A stretch of DNA of 52,763 nt from Ignavibacteriales bacterium (GTDB taxonomy: Bacteria > Bacteroidota > Ignavibacteria > UBA10030 > UBA6906): the NCBI GenBank assembly GCA_037441705.1, contig JBBIRR010000031.1, forward strand, positions 1-52,763. The letters are read 5' to 3'. The notes under the pieces are model-generated. The model was not told the DNA's origin. It saw only the letters and a list, made by a program, of their open reading frames with translations, and ran no database searches. The position numbers and the translations under genes were made by a program. Of the stretch, positions 9,515-18,931 are shown piece after piece. Positions within the stretch are counted from its first letter, which is position 1. Each line of letters begins with the position of its first letter.

Positions 9515-10492
9515 ATGGACAAGGATCGTCGCGCAAGTGCGGAGCGTATGACAAAGCTCTCAGGAGTGCTTCCAGCAAAGGAGTATAAACGCATCACCAT
9601 CAAGCAGGTAGATGCGTTCACGGATACGCCGCTGATGGGAAATCCGGCCGGCGTGGTGTTGCACGCGCAGAGCCTGACCGACCAACAGATGCAGTCCATC
9701 GCGCGGGAGATGGCCGTGCCCGAGACGGCATTCATTCTTCCGACCTCCAAACCCGATGCTGACCTGCGCATCCGATGGTTTTCTGCCGAGACCGAGGTGC
9801 CGCTGTGCGGGCACGCGACCATTGCCAGCTTTCACGCGATGGCGGAGGAGGGATTGCACGACATGAACGAGCCGGGAACGTACGCGTTTCAGGTCGAGAC
9901 GCTGTCCGGCGTGCTGCCCGTTCGCGTCATCAAAACCGTTTCACATGCCGAGGTGTTTTTCGGTTTGCCGGTGCCCGAGTTTGTGCGGGCAGGACAGTAC
10001 AAACTGGACATTATGCGTATCCTCAACATCCGTCTCGAAGAGTTCGATCCCCGCCTGCCGATTGTGATGACCAACTACCTGTTTGTTCCCGTTCGCCGCC
10101 TGCACACTATCTTTGCCATCAAACCGAATTACTTTGCACTCTCGCAGCTTCTCAGCAACCGGAAGTTGCTGGGCGTGTGCGTGTTCACCACGGAGACGAT
10201 CGAGCGGAAGTCGGCGGTGCATTCGCGTTTCTTCGCCCCCAACATCGGCATCAACGAAGACCCCGTCACCGGCTCGGCCAATGGTCCCCTCGGCGTGTAT
10301 CTGTACGAGCAGGGATTGTTAGACGATAGAATCGCCGGCGACTCGATCAGCATCATCGGCGAACAGGGGGATGTGATGGGTCGTAAGGGCAGGGTGACGA
10401 TCCACCTGACCGTGCGGAACAAAGCGGTGACGAGCGTGATGGTCGGCGGCCGTGCCATCACGACGCTTGAAGGCGAGATGATCATTCCGTGA
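9515..10492 (+). CDS. PhzF-family isomerase/epimerase
   Basis: VDAFT..GNPAGV, ETAF, EVPLCGHAT, EDPVTGSA motifs. Confidence 0.92.
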   Translation: MDKDRRASAERMTKLSGVLPAKEYKRITIKQVDAFTDTPLMGNPAGVVLHAQSLTDQQMQSIAREMAVPETAFILPTSKPDADLRIRWFSAETEVPLCGHATIASFHAMAEEGLHDMNEPGTYAFQVETLSGVLPVRVIKTVSHAEVFFGLPVPEFVRAGQYKLDIMRILNIRLEEFDPRLPIVMTNYLFVPVRRLHTIFAIKPNYFALSQLLSNRKLLGVCVFTTETIERKSAVHSRFFAPNIGINEDPVTGSANGPLGVYLYEQGLLDDRIAGDSISIIGEQGDVMGRKGRVTIHLTVRNKAVTSVMVGGRAITTLEGEMIIP

Positions 10493-10669
10493 GCATGGAT
10501 GCCGCATGAGCCTCACACACGGCCTGCAAGTATGGAAGCATGCTTTCGTGAGAGCCTGTCATCGTGAAGGTACGGTTCAGATCATAACCCGTCACCTCTG
10601 ACGTGAATATCTCCCGATGCGCGTTACACCCACATTCGCTTAGTGCAATTCTGATCGAAGGATCTTCTT

Positions 10670-12673
10670 ATGCCCCCCTCCCTGATTTTTGCTCTCGTTC
10701 TTCTCGCGGCTCTCGGCTTCTTTTCTTACAATGTTAAGAAGCTGATCGCCTATCTGAAGCTGGGCAAACCCGAGAACCGGTTCGGCAATGTTGGTCGGCG
10801 TCTCACGAACGTCCTGACGATCGCTCTCGGACAATCCAAACTCATGCGCGAGCCGTTTGCAGGATTGCTGCATGCGTTGATCTTCTGGGGGTTCGTTGTT
10901 CTGCTAACGGCGGTTGTCGAGTCCATCGTCGAAGGGTTGGTGCCGGGCGCGTCGCTGGCGTTTCTGGGTCCGCTGTATCGGCCGCTAACGTGGCTTCAGG
11001 ATTTGTTCGGCGCGCTGGTCTTCGTTGCCGTCGTTATCTCGCTCGCGCGGCGGCTGTTTCGTCCCCCCAAGCGCCTGCAGGTTACCGGTCACTCGAAGTG
11101 GGATGCGATTCTCGTCCTCGCGCTGATTCTCACCGTCATGATGACGATGTTCGGGCAAAACGCAACGCGTCCGTACGTCCATCCCGACGTTCCCTCCGAG
11201 GCGCGCTTCGTTTCGATGATGCTGAGCGGATGGTTCTCGCCCGACGCGGCAGCAACGTGGTATGACGTGTTTTTCTGGGGACACATGCTGGCCGTGCTCG
11301 GCTTTCTCAATTATCTCCCTTATTCCAAACATCTGCATGTCATTGCCTCGACGTTCAATGTGTATTTCTCGAACCTCGGCATCGAGCCGAAAGGCGCGCT
11401 GAAGCCCATCAACCTTGTCGACGAAACGCTGACGAAGTACGGCGCCACCGATATTGACGACCTGACATGGAAGCAGCTGCTGAACGGCTACACCTGCACC
11501 GAATGCGGCCGCTGCACATCCGTTTGTCCGGCGAACACGACCGGCAAAGCGCTGAATCCGAAGAAGATTATCGTTGACGTGCGGGCGCGGACGTTCGAGA
11601 AAGCCCCCGCGATGCTCGCCGCCAAACCCGGCAACGGAGAACAGCAAGAAGACTCTTCGCATCGGCTTCTCGACAGCTTCATCACCGAGCAGGAACTGTT
11701 TGCGTGCACCACGTGCATGGCGTGCGTGCAGGAATGCCCGGTGATGATCGAGCACGTGGACACGATCGTAGAGTTGCGGCGCGGTCTGGTCCTGAACGAA
11801 TCCCGCTTCCCGCCGGAGTTGACGACGACATTCAACAACCTTGAACGCAACTACACGCCGTGGGCATTCAGCCATTCCACACGCGCCGATTGGGCACAGG
11901 GACTTGACATCCCCACGATGGCGGACACTCCCGACGCCGAGATTCTCTTCTGGGTCGGTTGTGCGGGTGCGTACGATGCACGATACAAGAAGGTAACGCA
12001 AAGCTTCGCACAGTTGATGAAGATGGCGGGAGTGAAGTTTGCCATCCTCGGCACGGAAGAAAAGTGCAACGGCGATGCCGCCCGGCGCATGGGCAACGAG
12101 TATCTTGCGCAGATGTTGATGCAGGAGAACGTTGCGACGCTGAACAAGTACGACGTGAAAAAGATCGTCACCACCTGTCCGCACTGCCTGCAATCGTTAG
12201 GCAAGGAGTACAAGCAATTCGGCGGTGACTACGAGGTGGTGCATCACACGACATTTCTCCGTGGGCTGGTAGAGCAGGGAAAGCTCAGGCTCACCGCGGC
12301 GCAGAAAGAGAGAATCACGTTCCACGATCCGTGTTACCTCGGTCGCTATAATGACGAGTATGATGCGCCGCGCGCGTTAGTGGACGCCGTCGCCGTCGAG
12401 CGCGTGGAAATGAAGCGGGCACGCGACCGCAGCTTCTGCTGCGGCGCAGGCGGCGGCCGCATGTGGATGGAAGAGCATGAAGGCAAACGCGTGAACATCG
12501 AACGCACCGAGGAGGCGCTTGCTACCGGCGCCGGCGCGATCGCGACCGGCTGTCCCTTCTGCCTCACGATGATAACCGATGGCGTGAAAGCAAAAGAGGC
12601 AAATGTGCAGGTGAAGGATGTGGCAGAACTCCTCCTTGACGCCCTGACCCCACGCGAGGGAGGCGCAGCATGA
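10670..12673 (+). CDS. Membrane-bound Fe-S oxidoreductase, FadF/HdrD-like
   Basis: N-terminal TM domain; two ferredoxin motifs (CTECGRCTSVCP, CTTCMACVQECP); two cysteine-rich CCG-type domains (FHDPCYLGR, FCCGAGGG, CPFC). Confidence 0.88.
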   Translation: MPPSLIFALVLLAALGFFSYNVKKLIAYLKLGKPENRFGNVGRRLTNVLTIALGQSKLMREPFAGLLHALIFWGFVVLLTAVVESIVEGLVPGASLAFLGPLYRPLTWLQDLFGALVFVAVVISLARRLFRPPKRLQVTGHSKWDAILVLALILTVMMTMFGQNATRPYVHPDVPSEARFVSMMLSGWFSPDAAATWYDVFFWGHMLAVLGFLNYLPYSKHLHVIASTFNVYFSNLGIEPKGALKPINLVDETLTKYGATDIDDLTWKQLLNGYTCTECGRCTSVCPANTTGKALNPKKIIVDVRARTFEKAPAMLAAKPGNGEQQEDSSHRLLDSFITEQELFACTTCMACVQECPVMIEHVDTIVELRRGLVLNESRFPPELTTTFNNLERNYTPWAFSHSTRADWAQGLDIPTMADTPDAEILFWVGCAGAYDARYKKVTQSFAQLMKMAGVKFAILGTEEKCNGDAARRMGNEYLAQMLMQENVATLNKYDVKKIVTTCPHCLQSLGKEYKQFGGDYEVVHHTTFLRGLVEQGKLRLTAAQKERITFHDPCYLGRYNDEYDAPRALVDAVAVERVEMKRARDRSFCCGAGGGRMWMEEHEGKRVNIERTEEALATGAGAIATGCPFCLTMITDGVKAKEANVQVKDVAELLLDALTPREGGAA

Positions 12674-12756
12674 CATCGTTTCCAAATCTTACGCCGTCGA
12701 GGAGCGTCCCAAAACCTGCAACACGTTTCTTCATTGAGGAGATTCTCCAGAGATGA
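12670..12756 (+). pseudogene. Possible C-terminal remnant of a nucleotidyltransferase toxin gene (DUF6036-like)
   Basis: Two adjacent frames read DIVSKSYAVEE.. and ..KPATRFFIEEILQR*, with the stop overlapping the next ATG. The family resemblance is from memory. Confidence 0.35.
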
Positions 12757-13106
12757 CGACGTTGCGAGAAGTGAAACAACGGATCCTTAGAGACCCGAAA
12801 CACTGGGTTATCCATCTCATGGAATTCGTTGATGATTTCCGCTATCACAAGAATCCGGATACCATCAAAGAACCGTTTGAATTAGGCAACGAAAGGATGG
12901 ATGGGCTGCTTGCCTCCACCGCACAGCAATTGTGTTCGGAGCTGGGGATTCCCATTCCGGATTGGCTCTGGGAAGTTCCCGCGTGCAGGGATCCCGGGTT
13001 TGTCTCGGGCTTGGACAGTCTAAGGGCAATAGCATTGGTTGAAAGCCCGGTGTATTTTCGCTTGCGAAAAATTTTTGTACTTGAAAATTTCTTGAGCCGG
13101 GCATGA
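12753..13106 (+). CDS. Hypothetical protein, putative antitoxin-like partner of nucleotidyltransferase toxins
   Basis: 117 aa, visibly more AT-rich than its flanks; EFVDDF...LLASTA...PDW...ALVESPVYFRLRKIFVLENFLSRA C-terminal pattern. Confidence 0.55.
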   Translation: MTTLREVKQRILRDPKHWVIHLMEFVDDFRYHKNPDTIKEPFELGNERMDGLLASTAQQLCSELGIPIPDWLWEVPACRDPGFVSGLDSLRAIALVESPVYFRLRKIFVLENFLSRA

Positions 13107-13134
13107 CAGAGCCGGCGGAGCCGCACCCGATGCC

Positions 13135-13163
13135 TTGCACATAATTGCAAACTATGCTATTCT
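13135..13163 (+). promoter_or_regulatory. Putative sigma70 promoter for the M48 peptidase gene
   Basis: TTGCAC-N17-TATTCT upstream of the AAGGAGG RBS. Confidence 0.45.
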
Positions 13164-13213
13164 TGATCAGAACCTGATGTGGTTTTCCATTTTCTACAGG
13201 TAAGGAGGATGCC

Positions 13214-14038
13214 ATGATTCCCGGTAAGAAACTTCGGCAGACGCTTGTTGTGTCATTGACGCTCATGTCGTTTCTCTTCGCCATGTGCAGCACCAATCCG
13301 GTGACGGGGCGTAAGCAGTTGACGCTCATTCCCGCAGGTGAAATGCTGAGCATGAGCTACTCGCAGTACGATCAGTTCTTGAAAGAGAACAAAAAGAGCA
13401 CGGACAAGGAAGCCACCGCAATGATTCAGCGTGTAGGCAAGAAGATTCAAACGGCCGTTGAGCAATTTGCCCAACAGGGTGGATGGGCAAACCGACTGGA
13501 AGGCTACCAGTGGGAGTTCAATCTCGTGGAGAGCGAGCAGGTGAACGCGTGGTGCATGCCCGGCGGAAAGGTGGTGTTCTATACGGGGATTCTGCCGATA
13601 ACGCAGAACGAAACAGGCGTGGCGGTGGTGATGGGACACGAGGTGGCGCATGCAGTTGCCGAGCACGGGAACGAGCGCGTGAGTCAGGGTTTGCTGGCCA
13701 ATCTGGGCGGGATGGCCCTGTCGGCCGCGGTCAAGGATAAGCCTCAGGAGACGCAACAGTTGTGGATGGCGGCATTCGGTCTCGGTGCGCAAGTGGGCGT
13801 TCTGCTGCCGTTCAGCCGCGCGCACGAAAGCGAAGCCGACCGCATGGGGCTGATTTTTATGGCGATGGCGGGCTACGATCCCAACGAAGCCGTCTCATTC
13901 TGGCAGCGCATGGCCGCAAAGAAAGGCGGACAGGCACCACCTGAATTCTTGAGCACACACCCCTCGGATGAAACACGCATCGCCGACATCAAGAAACACC
14001 TGCCGGAGGCGCTGAAGTACTACAAGCCGGCAAAGTAG
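13214..14038 (+). CDS. M48 family zinc metallopeptidase, probable lipoprotein
   Basis: NAWCMPGG, GHEVAH (HExxH), SRAHESEAD, FLSTHP; signal peptide with Cys (FAMC-STNPVTGRKQL). Confidence 0.93.
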   Translation: MIPGKKLRQTLVVSLTLMSFLFAMCSTNPVTGRKQLTLIPAGEMLSMSYSQYDQFLKENKKSTDKEATAMIQRVGKKIQTAVEQFAQQGGWANRLEGYQWEFNLVESEQVNAWCMPGGKVVFYTGILPITQNETGVAVVMGHEVAHAVAEHGNERVSQGLLANLGGMALSAAVKDKPQETQQLWMAAFGLGAQVGVLLPFSRAHESEADRMGLIFMAMAGYDPNEAVSFWQRMAAKKGGQAPPEFLSTHPSDETRIADIKKHLPEALKYYKPAK

Positions 14039-14066
14039 AACCTCAGTTCTCCCACAGGAATCGTAC

Positions 14067-14122
14067 GCGCGGAGGCAATCTCGCCGTCGTACCGTAGCAG
14101 AGAGGTGAGATTGCCTCTGCGC
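14067..14122. repeat. Intergenic inverted repeat, REP-like (GCAATCTC...GAGATTGC core)
   Basis: GCGCGGAGGCAATCTCGCC (14067-14085) pairs with GGTGAGATTGCCTCTGCGC (14104-14122); the two mismatches are G-U compatible. Confidence 0.6.
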
Positions 14123-14174
14123 CCGTGAGGAAATTCTCATCCCCTCTTCCGACATCGAACACGCAATCTACCCC

Positions 14175-14705
14175 ATGTCCGACTTCAACTTCTCGACCGT
14201 ACTGCCGATGCTTCTTGGTCTGCTGTTGCTTTTCGTCGGCAGAAAAATTTTTTGGCTTTTTGTAGGCGGAGTGGTGTTTGTGGTGGTGATGGATGTTGCT
14301 CCGCGCTTCGTGCATCATCAGGAGTCCACGATCTTCTACGTTGCGGTAGGCGTCGGCGTGTTGGCTGCGGCGCTGGGATACTTCCTGCAGAAGGTTGCCG
14401 TGCGTGTTGCAGGATTCGCTGCCGGAGGCTTTCTTGCCTTCACGCTGATGGAGCAACACTTTCCCGAAGCCGGCGTTCAATGGTGGATACCGGCGGCCGG
14501 CGGCGCGATCCTCGGGGCAGTCATAGTCTCCTTTCTTGTTGATTGGGCGCTGATCATTCTCTCTTCCGTCATCGGAGCGTATCTGATTACCGAGACTCTG
14601 CGTCTTGAAGCGACACAGGCGCTTGTAACGCTTGCAGCCCTGTCGGTGATCGGCGTGGTTGTGCAGGCGCGATCGAGATGGCGGAAGAGCAAGAAGGAGG
14701 ACTAG
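14175..14705 (+). CDS. Integral membrane protein, DUF4203/TMEM198-like
   Basis: Six to seven Gly-rich hydrophobic segments; GLLLLFVGRKIFWLFVG start and WALIILSSVIGA. Confidence 0.65.
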   Translation: MSDFNFSTVLPMLLGLLLLFVGRKIFWLFVGGVVFVVVMDVAPRFVHHQESTIFYVAVGVGVLAAALGYFLQKVAVRVAGFAAGGFLAFTLMEQHFPEAGVQWWIPAAGGAILGAVIVSFLVDWALIILSSVIGAYLITETLRLEATQALVTLAALSVIGVVVQARSRWRKSKKED

Positions 14706-14893
14706 ACTCGGCATCGCTAAAGTGTTGCACTCCCCCGCCGCTGCCGGTTCACTGCTTTGCAATTTGCAACGCCTTCCTCCGATTCATTTCTTAATCACTT
14801 CCATCGGCATCGCTGCGGCGGCTCCCCGGAATCGTGCATTTTGCAAGATGGAAGTGCTCACAGACTCGCAAATCGCCCCACCGTTGAAGAATC

Positions 14894-14913
14894 TCCGCTG
14901 GCATTCTCTTTGA
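14894..14913 (+). promoter_or_regulatory. Putative sigma54-like -24/-12 element upstream of tonB
   Basis: TCCGCTGGCA-TTCTCT-TTGA has correct TGGC-N7-TTG spacing, but -12 is GA rather than GC. Confidence 0.4.
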
Positions 14914-14972
14914 CCGGCATTGCAGTGCGGTTCCAGTTCATGATGGAATATCAGATCAGAAAGGAGGCCGTC

Positions 14973-15740
14973 ATGACAGCCCTCGCTTTCGCTTCAAGAG
15001 ATTCCTGCCGTTCGCTCACGTATCGCACAGCCGAGGTTCAGCAACTGCAACATCGTAACACCATTCTCGCGCTTGGTCTTGCGATCGTACTTCACGCTGT
15101 ATTTGTTCTATCCTTCTATCTCTTTCCCTCATCGGCTGGCGAGGTCACTGAAGCAAAACCTGCGAACCCCTGGAACGGGCCGTGGACCCGCAAGCCCATT
15201 GATTTCGCGTCCATTGATGCAGGCGCAGTAATGCTCGGAGGCAAGCCAAAAGCTTCGCATGTGAAGGCAGGGAGAATTCTCAGCGTGCCCGATGCACTCG
15301 CCGAGCCAAACGTCTCGTTTGCTACGCACGACGAATTAAAGAAAGGAGTTACGCTGGGTAACGCCGAGGGCGTTGAAGGTGCCGACGTTGATGGCACGAC
15401 TGAAGTGGGAAGAGAGAGTGCGCCGCTGATTGATGAACTGGAAGAGGAGCCTCCGGAGTTCCGACTCGTGGAACAGCCGCCTATCGTCATTCGGAGCGTC
15501 ACGCCCCGTTATCCCAAATTGTTGGTGAGAGCGGGCATAGAGGGAAAAGTCTGGGTAAAGATCTGGGTGAACAAGCAGGGCAAGCCGCACGAGGTTCGCA
15601 TCGTCAAGAGTGATCATGATCTGTTCAGCGACGCGGCGGTTGAGGCAGCGAAGCAATTCTTGTTCACGCCCGCCTACACGAGCGGCGGACCTGTTTCGGT
15701 GTGGGTAACAGTGCCGTTCAGTTTCAAATTGAAGCCGTAA
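14973..15740 (+). CDS. TonB family energy transducer
   Basis: Single TM helix with His (LAIVLHAV); TonB_C domain (PRYP...GIEGKVWVKIWV...FTPA...VWVTVPFSFKL); AAGGAGG RBS before ATG 14973. Confidence 0.88.
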   Translation: MTALAFASRDSCRSLTYRTAEVQQLQHRNTILALGLAIVLHAVFVLSFYLFPSSAGEVTEAKPANPWNGPWTRKPIDFASIDAGAVMLGGKPKASHVKAGRILSVPDALAEPNVSFATHDELKKGVTLGNAEGVEGADVDGTTEVGRESAPLIDELEEEPPEFRLVEQPPIVIRSVTPRYPKLLVRAGIEGKVWVKIWVNKQGKPHEVRIVKSDHDLFSDAAVEAAKQFLFTPAYTSGGPVSVWVTVPFSFKLKP

Positions 15741-15773
15741 AACCAATCTCCGTTTTACCCGGGAGGGGCCATC

Positions 15774-16634
15774 ATGCCAAATTCGCTTCTTCTCTTTGCA
15801 GTCGCTATCGCTATCATTGGCTGTGAGTCGACCGACCGACCGCCATCGGCAGTGCGAGTGCTGAAGTCCTCCGGCAGTAGTGAGTCCGCTGCCAATTTCA
15901 CGGCTTCCATATCCGTTGAACAAAATCGGAAGGGGCCACCACCAGCCGTGGAGCAAAAGCGGATGGTGATCAAGACTGCCAATCTCACGCTTGAAGTTGT
16001 TAGCTTCGATGAAGCCCTGAAACAGATCCAGGCGATTGCCGAACGGCGAAAAGGCTTCGTCCTTTCCAGTTCTGCATTCACGCGCGAAGAGACACAGAAG
16101 TCGGGGACGATGGTCGTCCGGGTGCCGACCAATCAATTCACTGCAACAGTTGATGAGATCAAGAAGTTGGCAAGCAGAGTCGAATACGAGGACGTGAACG
16201 GCAACGACGTCAGAGAAGAATTCTATGACGTTTCAGCCAGGCTCAAGAACAAAGAAAAGGCAGAAGAGAGATTTCGAGAGATTCTTTTGAGGGCGAAATC
16301 CGTGAAGGAGATTCTCGAAATAGAGCAGGCCCTGACCAATGTTCGCGAAGAAATTGAACGGTTGACGGGGCGCAAACGCTACCTTGCCGACAGGGTGGAT
16401 CTCTCCACAATCCATATCAACATGCACGAGCCGCGTCCGATCATTGCGGCCGGGCCTGATGCGTTCTGGGTGAAGGTCATGCAGGGCGTTCGCCAGGGGA
16501 CCGCAGGGTTCGGCAACACGCTGAGCTTCCTCATCAGTTCGTTCCTTGCCGGCCTCCCCGCGATGCTGGTTTTCCTCCTCATCCTCGGTGTCGGGTTCAG
16601 GTTTTACAGGCGATACAAGGCTCGCAGCGCATAG
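15774..16634 (+). CDS. DUF4349-like lipoprotein with C-terminal TM helix
   Basis: Lipobox IIGC; RMVIKTANLTLEV, VRVP, DVREEFYD..ARLKN, EIE.L.GR.RYL..RVDLSTI. Confidence 0.8.
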   Translation: MPNSLLLFAVAIAIIGCESTDRPPSAVRVLKSSGSSESAANFTASISVEQNRKGPPPAVEQKRMVIKTANLTLEVVSFDEALKQIQAIAERRKGFVLSSSAFTREETQKSGTMVVRVPTNQFTATVDEIKKLASRVEYEDVNGNDVREEFYDVSARLKNKEKAEERFREILLRAKSVKEILEIEQALTNVREEIERLTGRKRYLADRVDLSTIHINMHEPRPIIAAGPDAFWVKVMQGVRQGTAGFGNTLSFLISSFLAGLPAMLVFLLILGVGFRFYRRYKARSA

Positions 16635-16818
16635 ATGAGTTTGAATCGATTGAGAGAGGTGAACGACGCCAGGAATTACCTTCCTCCGCCGGCTGCGTTC
16701 CACAGTTTCTTCTCTCCTCCAGACTTCGTATCTTGAGAGCACCAAAACACGTCGGCATCAAGCAGTCCCACAGTGCCCATTCCTCTGCACAGTTCGTGTT
16801 CACATCAAACATATCCGA

Positions 16819-18372
16819 ATGAAGAAAGTTATCAAGAAAGTCGCCTCGTGGCTGAGCGGTAGGGTACGCGGAAAGAAGAAGGCGACGTCGGTTGCCCCCG
16901 AAGAAAAACGACCGATGCCTGCAGCGAAGGAGCCTGCGCGGCACACGCATCGCGCGCGTCCTGCCCGTCACGGCAAAGGACGCCCGGGCCCTGTGCATCG
17001 TCATCATGAGAAACCGGCCCCAGTGCCCGCGCAACCTGCTGAGGCATGGGATCCTTCGCTCTACGACGTGCCGCCGGCGGAGGGCAAGACCCGTTTCCAC
17101 GATCTGCATCTGCCGAACGAGATTCTCCACGCCATCGCCGATCTGGGGTTTCAATACTGCACGCCCGTGCAGGCTGACGTGCTGCCGCACGCACTGCAGG
17201 GGAGAGATATTGTTGGCCAGGCGCAAACGGGGACGGGCAAAAGCGCAGCGTTCCTCATCACCATTCTCACGCATTTGTTGCGTACACCGGTGCGCGACCG
17301 ACGGAAGGCGACGCCGCGCGCGTTGATTCTCGCTCCCACGCGTGAGCTGGTGTTGCAAATCGAAAAGGATGCGAAAGCGCTCTCGAAATACATGCACTGC
17401 ACCATCGTCTCGGTTTTCGGCGGAATGAACTACGAGAAACAGAAGCGCTGGTTGGATACGCACGTGGATATCGTTGTTGCCACGCCTGGCCGCCTCATTG
17501 ATTTCAAATCGCAGCGCCTCATTCATCTCAGTCACGTTGAAATTCTGGTCATTGATGAAGCCGACCGGATGCTGGATATGGGATTCATTCCGGACGTACG
17601 GAACATTGTGTACAGTACGCCGCACAAGGACAAACGGCAGACGATGTTCTTTACCGCGACGCTGAACGACGACGTAAAGCGGCTTGCAGCAAGCTGGACG
17701 CGTGAACCGGTGAAAGTGGAAATCGAGCCTGAGCAGGTTGCTGTGGAAACGGTGGATCAGCGCGTCTACATCTGCACGACGGACGAAAAGTTCAAGCTCC
17801 TGTACAACATGATCGTGCAGGAAAATCTCGAGCGCGTCATTGTGTTCGCCAATAGGAAGGATCAGTCGTTGAAGCTTGCCGAGCAGCTGTTGGCCCGCGG
17901 GATTTCGTGCGGCTTGCTTTCGGGAGATGTGTCGCAGCGTGAGCGTGTGCGAACACTGGAGGCGTTTCGGGAGGGGAAGTTTCGCGTGCTGGTGGCAACG
18001 GATGTTGCTGCGCGCGGCCTGCACATCGAAGGCGTGAGTCACGTCGTCAATTACAATCTTCCGCTCGACCCGGAAGATTACGTGCATCGCATCGGACGGA
18101 CGGGCCGGGCGGGCGCAAGCGGCATCTCGGTGAGTTTCGCTGACGAGGAAGATGGGGTGCAGGTGCCCGTGATCGAAGAATTCATCGGCAGAAAACTCTC
18201 GTACGTCTACCCGCCCGACGAATGGCTGCGAGAACCGCCGCCGCCGAGCGCGGATGCAGGCGCAATTCAGATTGAACCCAAGCGATCGTATGAACGCAAA
18301 GGACGACAAGCCCGTGGTCGCCGGCGTTCAGGTACTCATCGGCCGAGACGAAGCGGCGGAGCGCACGCGTGA
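16819..18372 (+). CDS. DEAD-box RNA helicase, RhlB-like
   Basis: Q motif, AQTGTGKS, PTREL, TPGRL, DEAD, ARGL, HRIGRTGRAG; basic N- and C-terminal tails. Confidence 0.93.
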   Translation: MKKVIKKVASWLSGRVRGKKKATSVAPEEKRPMPAAKEPARHTHRARPARHGKGRPGPVHRHHEKPAPVPAQPAEAWDPSLYDVPPAEGKTRFHDLHLPNEILHAIADLGFQYCTPVQADVLPHALQGRDIVGQAQTGTGKSAAFLITILTHLLRTPVRDRRKATPRALILAPTRELVLQIEKDAKALSKYMHCTIVSVFGGMNYEKQKRWLDTHVDIVVATPGRLIDFKSQRLIHLSHVEILVIDEADRMLDMGFIPDVRNIVYSTPHKDKRQTMFFTATLNDDVKRLAASWTREPVKVEIEPEQVAVETVDQRVYICTTDEKFKLLYNMIVQENLERVIVFANRKDQSLKLAEQLLARGISCGLLSGDVSQRERVRTLEAFREGKFRVLVATDVAARGLHIEGVSHVVNYNLPLDPEDYVHRIGRTGRAGASGISVSFADEEDGVQVPVIEEFIGRKLSYVYPPDEWLREPPPPSADAGAIQIEPKRSYERKGRQARGRRRSGTHRPRRSGGAHA

Positions 18373-18902
18373 TTCTTCCGTTGTTCGACCGATGGTGCGT
18401 GCGCAGTTTTGTTGCCGCAGACGCGGAAGCGATTGCCCGGTACGCCAACAACCGGCACGTCTCCATTAATCTACGCGACTCGTTTCCCTATCCCTACACC
18501 ATTTTTGATGCGAAACGCTGGCTGAAGCATGTGAAGCATCAGCACCCCGAAGTCTCGTGGGCGATTGCCTCCGACGTGGAGGTCATCGGCGGCATCGGCA
18601 TCCACCCGCAGCCGGATGTGTATCGGCGCTCCGCGGAAATCGGCTACTGGCTCGGCGAGCCGTTTTGGGGAAAAGGAATTGCTACCGCTGCGGTGAAGGC
18701 CGTGGTGGGATTTGTCTTCAAGAACTTCGACTTCGCCCGTTTGTATGCAGGCGTGTTTGAGTGGAATCCCGCCTCCGTGCGTGTGCTGGAGAAGGCCGGT
18801 TTTCGGTTCGAGTCGAGGATGCGAAAAGCGGTGGTGAAGGACGGAAAGCTGATTGACCAATTGATGTATGTGATGCTGCGAGAGGAGTGGGAGCGCGTGT
18901 GA
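18369..18902 (+). CDS. GNAT acetyltransferase, RimJ/RimL family
   Basis: AEIGYWLGEPFWGKGIAT and NPASVRVLEKAGF motifs. Confidence 0.92.
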   Translation: MILPLFDRWCVRSFVAADAEAIARYANNRHVSINLRDSFPYPYTIFDAKRWLKHVKHQHPEVSWAIASDVEVIGGIGIHPQPDVYRRSAEIGYWLGEPFWGKGIATAAVKAVVGFVFKNFDFARLYAGVFEWNPASVRVLEKAGFRFESRMRKAVVKDGKLIDQLMYVMLREEWERV

Positions 18903-18931
18903 GTTAGCAATGCCCGCGTTGGCGTTCTTTC

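Noticed and set aside
10506-10601. 31-codon ORF MSLTHGLQVWKHAF..., faintly like the start of four-helix-bundle (IVS-type) proteins
   Set aside because: Similarity is limited to L.VW..A, there is no RBS and the rest does not fit; indistinguishable from chance.
16597-18309. Long antisense ORFs (570 aa here; also 6311-7576, 10985-12193, 42675-44060, 44218-45633)
   Set aside because: They shadow well-supported genes on the opposite strand, as expected in GC-rich coding DNA, and carry no recognisable motifs.
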